Shown here: piece after piece, positions 54,665-64,000 of the stretch
Position numbering within the stretch: the stretch's first letter is position 1
Layout of the letters: each line of letters starts with the position of its first letter
NCBI GenBank assembly: GCA_951406725.2
Contig: OX597827.1
Span: 18,786,001 to 18,850,000, forward strand
Length of the DNA stretch: 64,000 nucleotides
Direction of reading: 5' to 3'
DNA from: Octopus vulgaris
Lineage: Eukaryota
Made by a program: the position numbers and the translations under genes
Notes under the pieces: model-generated
The model's input: the letters and a program-made list of their open reading frames with translations, nothing else
What the model was told of the DNA's origin: nothing
Database searches by the model: none

Positions 54665-54700
<36 letters not shown>

Positions 54701-54709
54701 ATCTATCTA

Positions 54710-54764
<55 letters not shown>

Positions 54765-54790
54765 GTCTGTCTGTCTGTCTGTCTGTTGTT
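53608..54790. repeat. (TA)n/(CATA)n/(CTAT)n/(CTGT)n fields
   Basis: Visible; complex island ~54070-54415. Confidence 0.93.
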
Positions 54791-55092
54791 GTTTGTTCCT
54801 TCTCGAGCCATGCCTGGCTCATAAGGGCCAGTTTCCCGGTTTCTTGGCATATAGGTTCCCCACCTGGACGGGACACTGGTCCATCGCAGGTGAGCTGCAA
54901 GATGCAGGAGGAAAGAGTGAGAGAAAGTTGTGGCGAAAGTGTCAGCAGATGTTTCGCCATTACCTTGTGCCGGAGCCGCGTAGAGCTTAGGTGTTTCGCT
55001 CATAAAAACACACATCGCCCGGTCTGAGATTCGAACCCGCGATCCCTCGACCGCTAGTCCGCTGCTCTAACCACTAGGCCATGTACCTCCAC
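54785..55092 (-). mobile_element. SINE-R, full length
   Basis: Reverse complement of 26313-26612. Confidence 0.92.
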
Positions 55093-55196
55093 TACGTGTG
55101 TGTGTGTATGTGTGTGTGTGTGTGTGTATACATGTGTGCATACGTTAGTTAAATCTTTGCCAAGTTTTCTGAATGTGTGTGTGTGTGTGTGTGTGT

Positions 55197-55267
<71 letters not shown>

Positions 55268-56299
55268 TGAGTGAGTGAGTGAGTGAGTGAGGAAGAAAGG
55301 CATAGAAAGAGGCGGCGAGAGAAAGAACCATTGAGATTCTTACGCGAGACTTCCGACGGCAATAGTCGAATACTTGATCCGCTGACGCCAGTCATTGTAA
55401 ATAAAGTGAAGACAAACAAAATATTTTAAAGTTTTCATTGTTTTACTATATTATCGAGTAAATTGACAGGAAACTGAGCCCTCCAAGGGAATTAGGTCAA
55501 ATGAGGTCACTAAGCACAACTAAGTCACTTGTGATCTAAAAGAATTTGGTCAGTTAGATCATCTAGGAGAATTAGATGAACTAGGTCAACTAGAGTAATT
55601 ATGCGAACTGGGATAATTAGGTCAGCAAAAATTATTATGTAATTGAGATCATCTTGGTGAATTTAGCCAATTAGGTCAACTCGATCAGCCAGTTTCACCC
55701 ACTTTTGTCTATGGCTCCCTTGAGTACTTTTCCCATGTTCTCGGGACCATCCTGTGAAACCGCTGTTAATTTCCTCCATTGGTCTCCGTAATACAACACT
55801 GATGGATAGACAGACTGTCGCTCCTTTCAAATGTATATAGGGGGGCGTGAGACTGTCCTCTTCCAATTTGAGAATGTCTTTTGTAGATAAATCGGGTTAA
55901 TTCGGTCAGCTATGGATATTCGGTCAGATAGATCAGTCACAGGAATTAAGTCACCCTGTCATGTTGTATGGTATTTGATATACCTGTATTTGTCTTTATT
56001 TGTCTATGATATACTTGTATTTGTCTACTTCCCACAGGCCACTCAGCTCGTTTTCGTCTTCATTGCGTAAACTACCTACGCTATAAATGTGTTCTACTCC
56101 TTTTTATAGGCATCTAAGTCCCTTGCCTCCAGGAGATAAGACAGAGAAACAGCCATGCTGATGACGGCTGTTGAGCAAGAAACATAAGTCCACGAATGTC
56201 CTCTCATCTTCAGGCAATAGGTCTGCTCTTTTCCCAAATGGCATATCAGTTTTGGAGAATCCGTGACTTTTGCGATTATCTCTCTTTATCAATTGGAAC

Positions 56300-56720
56300 T
56301 GGCTGTAATCACCATTATGTAACTCTGATACGTTCTCTGGAGGCAAAAAGGAAAAAAGACAAAACAAAACAAAAAACAGTGGACAGTTTCCCATTCAAAT
56401 GCTTAAGGAGAATACTTGACATCAAGTGGCTGCAAAGAGTCCGAAATGACACACTTGAGGCGACAACGGGCATCAACACGATCAGTGACAAAATAAGGCG
56501 CTCGATGCTGGAACTAGATCGGACATGTTCTCAGATAAGATCGAGAAAGCGATTTTATGGTGGCACTAAAGTGGCAACCTGAGAAGTAAAGAGCAACAGG
56601 GCCTCCTAAAACCACATAGAGGACCATTGACAAGAAAAGATGAAACCAGAACAATGGCAGAAAAAAAAGCTGGTTGGAAAGATCGTGTTACGGTTTTCTG
56701 TGCCTCATGGGACGGAGAGA
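56300..56720 (+). pseudogene. Decayed RTE LINE 3' remnant
   Basis: VDSFPFKCLRRILDIKWLQRVRNDTL..ISDKIRR then frameshifted IGHVLR. Confidence 0.75.
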
Positions 56721-57242
56721 ACTAACTCTGGAGGCCGGAATAATTTTAATAAATCAAGGATCTATGTTATACCGTATTTGATATACCTGTATTTGCCTAC
56801 GATAGAAGAATCAAGAGAGAAGAATCAATTGGAAATTAAAAAAACTTGAGAAATTAGATCAGCTAGGGTAGTCGACCTAATTTAGGGTAGAAGAATTAGG
56901 TTAAATAACAACAAGATCAACTGGAGAAATCAGGGCACCTAGGGGAGCATGGAGTGTTATATCACCTCGAACGGTTAGAGGGATCAGGTCACTAAGGGGT
57001 CGCCTAGATTAATTAGGTTAGTTAGGACAGTTAATGTGATTATGCCAGTTAAAGGAATTAAGTTAACTGGGTCATCTTGAAGAATTAAGCCAGTGAGGGA
57101 ATTTTGAAGAATTAGGTTAACTAGGAATTACTTCAAGTTGAGAAAGTAGGTCAATTTTCTTTAGTCATGAGAAACCAACCACATACGTTTGCAACAATTC
57201 AAATTTAAAATTAGTGTCAACCACATTTCACACTTTTAATCT

Positions 57243-57657
57243 TTACTCTTTACTCTTTTACTTGTTTCAGTCATTTGACTGTGACCATGTTGGAGCACCG
57301 ACTTTAGTCGAGCAAATCGACCCCAGGACTTATTCTTTGTAAGCCTAGTACTTATCCCATCGGTCTCTTTTGCCGAACCGTTAAGTTACGGGGACGTAAA
57401 CACACCAGCATCGCTTGTCAAGCGATGTTGGGGGGACAAACACAGACACACAAATGTATACACACACATACATACACACACATATATATATACACAGATA
57501 TATGACGGGCTTCTTTCAGTTTCCATCTACCAAATCCACTCAAGGATTTGGTCAGCACGAGGCTATAGTAGAAGACACTTGTCTAAGATGCCACGCAGTG
57601 GGACTGAACTCGGAACCATGTGGTTCGTAAGCAAGCTACTTACCACACAGCCACTAC
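57243..57657 (-). mobile_element. SINE-K, full length
   Basis: Reverse complement of 25430-25846. Confidence 0.92.
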
Positions 57658-57787
57658 TACACCTACTTCATTCACATTTAGGTACCTTCTCCACTCCCTT
57701 TCGCATTTTTGTAGTACTATCAGAAAAGATACCACACATCCCTTTTTCTGTCCAAAGTACTTTTGTATAAAACCGATCACTTGTGTT

Positions 57788-58225
57788 GGATCTTTTCGGT
57801 TTGAACGGCAGTTTTTTCTAGCGGTGTCATATGAAATTGTCACCCATAATTATGACCCTAGTATCGATCTATTGCATTTCAATCTGTTTTAGGGTTAGGG
57901 TTAGTTAAGGTTAGTTAGGGTTAGGGTTAGGGTTAGGGGTGGGGGGACGGGTATCTTTTTTTCTTCACAAATGTAAATAAACCCAATCTGTTTCTTAAAC
58001 GAGGGACATATTCATACGGCACAGAATGTTTTTTTACCTCAATAGACGTCAGTGATTGGTTGAAATTGCAGAAATTGAAGAAAAAAACAACAAACTATAG
58101 AATTTTCTCAATAAAGCCAAGAGAAAAACATGTTTTACAAACACATTCTACCAGTATACGAAGTTTAAAATTTTTTAGTTACCTAGAAATTATGTTAAAA
58201 ACTGCCGTTCAAACCAAAAAGATTA
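57788..58225 (-). mobile_element. Telomeric-repeat MITE, copy 4
   Basis: Opposite orientation; (TTAGGG)n at ~57889-57940; perfect 8-bp TSD CTTGTGTT. Confidence 0.92.
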
Positions 58226-58600
58226 CTTGTGTTTAGTAGGAGTGAAAACTGCTGTTAGTTCATTTCTTGTTACAGTAACTCTCCACCCTTTATATTTAAA
58301 TGTATCTCTTGATTCTACGATGGTGAAAGTAAATCTTAGCACAACCTTTCCAGGTTTATCTAACAATATCTTCTAAGGGCAGTAAGTCTAAATCAACAGC
58401 CCCGTTTGCTCTTACTACGTTTACCTAAGCCAATTCTTCTGGGTTTAGTAAGAGCAAAGAGGTGGTTATGAAAATCCTACCTGCACTAACTCTTTTCCAA
58501 TAACATTATCTTCATAGCTTAGTAGGGTTAAAATACATTATTTACATTTGACGGATATTTGTCCTCATCTTGTTTGCTTGTTAACACAACGTTTCGGCTG

Positions 58601-58661
<61 letters not shown>

Positions 58662-58678
58662 TATAAACACACACACAC

Positions 58679-58751
<73 letters not shown>

Positions 58752-58839
58752 GGGAGAGTTTACGAAAAAAAAAAGACGAAGACAGGTGGTGTACAAAACA
58801 AACAGATGTATCAGTATAACGCTCAGGAATAGAAAACGT

Positions 58840-58875
58840 CTTTTACGTTTCGAGCCTATGCTCTTCTACAGAAAG
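58840..58875 (-). ncRNA. Minimal hammerhead motif, A6U core variant
   Basis: Minus: CTTT-CTGTAGA-A-GAGC-ATAG-GCTC-GAAA-C-GTA-AAAG. Confidence 0.6.
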
Positions 58876-59011
58876 GGACACAGAAAAAACAAGGAGAATA
58901 TATATATATATATATATATAATTTTAATCCAAACGGGAAACAAAAAAACAACAACAAGGGAACAATTACAGTATTATTATTAATAGGCGCTCAGGAAATG
59001 GAAGCAGGGAG

Positions 59012-59046
59012 GTATGACGTTTCGAGCGGAGCTCTTCGTCGGAAAC
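59012..59046 (-). ncRNA. Minimal hammerhead motif, U4C variant
   Basis: Minus: CCGACGA-A-GAGC-TCC-GCTC-GAAA-C-GTC; same family as 22872-22906; stem I weak. Confidence 0.5.
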
Positions 59047-59556
59047 ATAAAGAAGGAAGAGAGAGGAAAGAAAGATCCCGGAGCGGGCAACGGAGATAGA
59101 GAAAAAAAAAAAATATATATATATATATATCCCCATGTATGAATTCGCTTATTCTAATTTTAGCGCTGCCTCTATCGCTGCTCTAAGTTTCTCATTTCAA
59201 AAAGAGAAGACAAGAAAAAAAAAAAACAAAAAGCAAAAAGCGAGAACTGGAAAATCTGATTAGGAACGCGATGCCCAAGCTTCAAATAAATGTACACTAC
59301 TGCATTTATTTGGAACTTTCTTCTCTGATATTAATCTACTTTGAGTGGGTGAGTTGGCAATCTCGTCAGCACGCCAGGCGAAATGCTTAGCGACATTTCG
59401 TCCGTCCTTAAACTTTGAAATCAAATTCCGCTGAGTTCGACTTTGCTTTCATCCTTTCGGGGTCGATGAAATCAATACCAGTTACCCATTGGAATCGATG
59501 TAATCGACTAGCCCATTCCCTCCCAAATTTCAGGCCCTGTGACAATAGTAAAAAGG

Positions 59557-59613
<57 letters not shown>

Positions 59614-59789
59614 TAGGCGGTAAGCTGGTAGAATCGCTAGCATGCCGGACAAAATGTTGAGCAGCACTTCGTCCGTCTTTGCGTTCTGAGTTCAAATTCC
59701 GCTGATGTCGACTTTACCTTTCATCTTTTCGAGATCGATGAAATATATGTGTATACATATACAATATATACACATATATATATATAAAT

Positions 59790-59828
<39 letters not shown>

Positions 59829-59829
59829 A

Positions 59830-59912
<83 letters not shown>

Positions 59913-60509
59913 CATGTCTTTCAGTTTCCGCCTCGTCTACTAAATCCACTCACAAGGCTTTGGACGGCCCTGGGAAGTAGAAGACACCTGCCCAAGGTGA
60001 TACACAGTAAGACTAAACCTGTAATCATGTGATTAGGAAATATACTTCTTTACCTCGCAACCACACCTGTATGTAGATATGAGTGTTTACGCTTGCATCA
60101 GTTTAAAACCAGCGTTGTTCTGTTGTTATATTTTTTATGTCCTGTTACCTAGCAGCTTGACAAACAGATTTCGATAAAATCATTACCAGAATAAAATAAA
60201 GTACTGGCCCAGATATGACCGACTAAAGCGTTGAGAGCGATACCTCAAGCAAGGCTGTAGTTCATTGACTTGAAAAAGACTAATAGAATGAAAGAATAGA
60301 AGAATTAGTTTATGTGTGTGGGTGTCTTTGTTTTATGGATACTCTTTTTATCTCTCAATCTGCATAAAACTTTTACCCGTTTCTCACACTCAACCACCAA
60401 CACCAACACTCAACACTTTTCACCAAAAAAAAAGCCCCTCTACACACTTTCCTCTGCCATGTAAGCTGTCTTTCATTACATCCAGACTGTACAGCGCCGA
60501 TCTTTTTTC

Positions 60510-60690
<181 letters not shown>

Positions 60691-60694
60691 GTTT

Positions 60695-60843
60695 CTTGGT
60701 TTGCGGCCGCCATTGCTACTCCAGCGTTCAGCGCCGTTGTTATAGATGATCGCCGTTCGTTTGTCTGCTAGACACACAGACTTTAATATGAAGCGTCGAT
60801 CGTCTGCTTTATTGATCCAACGACTGCAATTAAGAGAGTAAGA
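60695..60843 (+). promoter_or_regulatory. Candidate first exon (MKRRSSALLIQRLQLR)
   Basis: CpG-rich non-repeat segment, YY1-like GCCGCCATT, ATG 60788 with A at -3, donor GA|GTAAGA at 60838. Confidence 0.25.
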
Positions 60844-60959
60844 AGTTAGCTTCATTTTTCTTTTACTATCTCTCTTTCCCACCCCTCTTTCTCCCTCTTT
60901 CTGCCTCACCCGCTCTCCTTTTCTCACTCGCTTTTCTATTCCCTTTCTTTGTCTCTCTC

Positions 60960-61001
<42 letters not shown>

Positions 61002-61445
61002 ATTATAAACGAAATAAAAATCAATATGTAAGCAGAGTATAGAATTTTTTATTACCTAAAATACTCATGGGGCTGCTCAAGGGCTTAAAGTTTCGTTCAA
61101 AAGCACTTAGCGAACTAAAAGAGACAAAAACAAAACGCAAAGTTTTCTTATTATGTAACGTATACGAGAACGTTCTAGGAACACTGTTAGTTTATGTAAT
61201 ATAATGAAATTACATAAATTTTGAAAGCTCACTGCGAAGATAGATTGTGGACGTTATACGAATTATGTATGCGCATATGTATATAGAAAACTTGTTTACA
61301 CACCCATGCACACAGACGTGTGCGCGTACATGTGTATGCATGCATATATGTAGATTTGTTGTTGTAGCACAGTTTTTCTATATAACTTGACATAAAAACA
61401 AAAATGACTGTGCATGTATTTATACATACATATGTATGTATTTAT

Positions 61446-61904
61446 GGTGGCTGCCCCCTTGTTATCGAGTGTGGCCATTGCACGAAGCTTAATCAATGTT
61501 GTTATCGTGCAATGCCTGTGCAAGAAGATTTTTTTAAAGTGAGGAAAGGCTGTGCACTGAGTCAATCCCACTCACTAAGCAACAGCAGCCTTAATCCGAA
61601 AAGAAGAACAAGTCAACATCATCGGTAACCACTGAGCCGCAGATTTTATGTCGGAGTTATCCCAGTTACCTGAGTTACCTTCTCCTAGAAGGATGCCTAA
61701 CAAAGGCTAGGAGTCCTTCACTCCCAATGGTTTAACCGCGCGATCGGGTATTCAGTCCGATTATTTCTATGTCTCCGCACATGATACAGCCTTAAGGCAT
61801 TTATTGGATGGCCGTTGGCTCTCAAGAGTTCCTCTGCCCTTTGACTGGTTTTGTTTTTCATCCCGCAGGGTGTCCAATAAACACACTCCTCACCAAGCAA
61901 GCTT
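61446..61904 (-). mobile_element. Non-autonomous RTE-derived element, copy 3 (5' truncated)
   Basis: Homologous to copies 1 and 2; 5' end abuts (ACAT)n. Confidence 0.75.
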
Positions 61905-61990
61905 GTATTTATACATACATACGTACATACATACATACATACATACATACATACATACATACATACATACATACATACATACAATATGTG

Positions 61991-62043
<53 letters not shown>

Positions 62044-62091
62044 ATTGTTGATGTCATAAGAATTATAAAGTTCAACGGATCATGAAATATT

Positions 62092-62300
62092 TTTTTTGGA
62101 ACGTTGGACATTGAAGTAGATAAGCTACAAATAACAGCGCGTAAATATTGTCATAAAAACCCACTTTCGGTCGAAAAAGGATATGGGTTCGCGTTCCACA
62201 AGGAGCTTTCGACTTTTTCTATCCAAAGTGATATTTTCGACCCAATATTTACTCGCTACCATTTATAGCTTATCTGCTTCAAGATCCAACTTTCCAAAAA
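62092..62300. mobile_element. Diverged foldback/MITE-like palindrome
   Basis: TTTTGGAACGTTGGACATTGAAGTAGATAAGCTA.. vs ..TAGCTTATCTGCTTCAAGATCCAACTTTCCAAAA. Confidence 0.7.
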
Positions 62301-62894
62301 GAATTATACATATATATATATATTTTATATATATATAAAATACGAAAATGGGACAAGAACGCAAAACATCCAGACAGACGATACAAAGAAAACAAGGACG
62401 AGTCATTCGGAATTTTCTATCCTCAGTCGTGTTCCAGATTATCTTTGCAATTTCGGCTGGTTATACTCGAGATTGCTCCAATCTGGCTATCCCAAAGGAA
62501 AACTAAGGTAAGAGCATTAGATTCCTTGGAAGAAAGCAGCGAATGTATACGAAAACAAGGACGGAAGAAAAACGGAGAATGTTACACAAATACAATGAAA
62601 ATAACAAGGACGGAAGAAAAACGGAGAATGTTACACAAATACAATGAAAATAACAGGACATAACAACCGGTGTCTTTCGACACAACCGGTGTCTTTCGAT
62701 GTAGGAGATAATCAGAACAACTATAGCTCACTTTAACATTATTTCTGTTGAGGATATTGAAATACTTATGATGTAAAAAAAAACAAAAAAACTATGAGGT
62801 AATGTTTGAAATGCTATTAGAGCAAAATGGTAGGTTAAACTATATTTTATTCTCCATTGTTTTTTGTTTTTTCTTATTTAATATTTTATCATTG

Positions 62895-63111
62895 AATTGT
62901 TTCATTCATCTGACTGCGGCCATGCTGGGGCACCACCTTGAAGGGTTTTAGTCGAACAAATCGAATTTACTTATTTTGGTAAAACCTGGCACTTATTCTA
63001 CCGGTCTCCTTTTGCCGAACAGCTAAGTTACGGGGAAGTAAGTACACCAACATCGGCTGTCTAGCGGAGGCGGGAAACAAACACAGGCATAAAGACTCAC
63101 CACACGTAAAT

Positions 63112-63152
<41 letters not shown>

Positions 63153-63303
63153 CGACGGGCTTCTTTCAGTTTCCCTCTACCATATCCACTCACAAGGCTT
63201 TGGTCGGCCCGAGGCTATACTAAAAGATACTTGCCCAAGATGCTCCGCAGTAGCACTGAACCCAGAACCCTGTGGTTGGGAAGCAAGCTTCTTACCACAC
63301 AGC
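62895..63303 (-). mobile_element. SINE-K, diverged
   Basis: Homologous to 25430-25846. Confidence 0.85.
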
Positions 63304-63619
63304 GAGCATTTTTCACTGAATCTACATCCTTGGTTTGCGCTATGCAAACATTTCCCACTGTAGTATACACTTCGTGGTAAGATATGCATAACATCCGTTT
63401 ACCATTGTTGCTAGGAAGGCTTTTTTAAAATACCAGGAAAGAGTTGAGAAGTGGTATTAATTGGGGGTATTTGTGAATAAATATACTCGTGTATCTGTTC
63501 TTTTACTTCCTGATACATCCAATCTGTTTAACTCGCCTTCCAATGCTGCTACACTACTCGCTTAACATTATTACTCTCGCCACAGTGCTTCAACACACAC
63601 ACACACATATACGCACGCA

Positions 63620-63677
<58 letters not shown>

Positions 63678-63765
63678 ATCCAAACAAGAAAACACAAAAA
63701 AACAAAAAAAAAACACAGCAACGCGAGGACGTGGAACAAATAAAGTATTATTGGACGCTCAGGAG

Positions 63766-63806
<41 letters not shown>

Positions 63807-63808
63807 TT

Positions 63809-63977
63809 TATTTAAAAGTAGCAGAAATTCAACAAAAGCTGTTACTCGGAGTTTCATGTTCCCGTTCGTCGGACAGTTTTGTTAGCAGTAGCGGTATTTA
63901 TTTAACAAAACTGTCCGACGAAGGGAACGTAAAACTCCGAGTAACAGCTTTTGTTGAATTTCTGCTGCTTTTAAATA
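63809..63977. mobile_element. Palindromic Penelope-like end with a hammerhead motif in each arm
   Basis: ~76-bp arms, 18-nt spacer; minus arm CTGT-CCGACGA-ACG-GGAA-CAT-GAAA-CTC-C-GAG-TA-ACAG. Confidence 0.75.
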
Positions 63978-64000
63978 TAGCATATTACTCTACCTCTGGT

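Noticed and set aside
56150-56195. CTGATGA...GAAA...GTC on the plus strand
   Set aside because: Stem II does not close and stem I is mismatched; likely chance.
56104-56394. Minus-strand ORF containing KR..DMPF-GKR, resembling an amidated neuropeptide precursor
   Set aside because: No signal peptide or repeated peptides, and the opposite strand continues into a decayed RTE ORF, so it is probably coincidental.
57889-57945. TTAGGG repeats as a chromosome end or fusion scar
   Set aside because: They are internal to a MITE present four times in the window.

Overview
Eukaryotic, repeat-saturated, essentially non-coding window, most likely from an octopus (coleoid cephalopod) genome. I infer this from the very dense (TA)n/(CA)n/(ATGT)n/(TAA)n microsatellites and three abundant tRNA-derived SINE families. 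My labels SINE-K, SINE-R and SINE-B are provisional; their match to the published octopus OK/OR1/OR2 families is not verified. Nearly all ORFs in the supplied track are microsatellite artefacts, and no host protein-coding gene can be established, although three candidate + strand promoter/first-exon segments are noted. Real coding remnants are all transposon-derived: Tx1/L1 3' ends, R4/Dong restriction-like endonuclease 3' ends in (TAA)n, RTE 3' ends and a decayed Tc1/mariner transposase. Non-autonomous elements include a Helitron, hAT, mariner and piggyBac MITEs, and a 4-copy MITE with 8-bp TSDs carrying telomeric repeats. The most notable hidden signal is about a dozen type I hammerhead ribozyme motifs from several Penelope-like or retrozyme-like families. 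They include long-stem versions, inverted pairs and a family whose consensus has U instead of the conserved core A6. Also notable are a 3-copy (ATGT)n-associated RTE-derived element that keeps a short ORF, and a 184-bp-period SINE multimer whose tail resembles a Tx1 3' end. Coordinates were read by eye, repeat boundaries are approximate, and not every degenerate SINE copy is listed.
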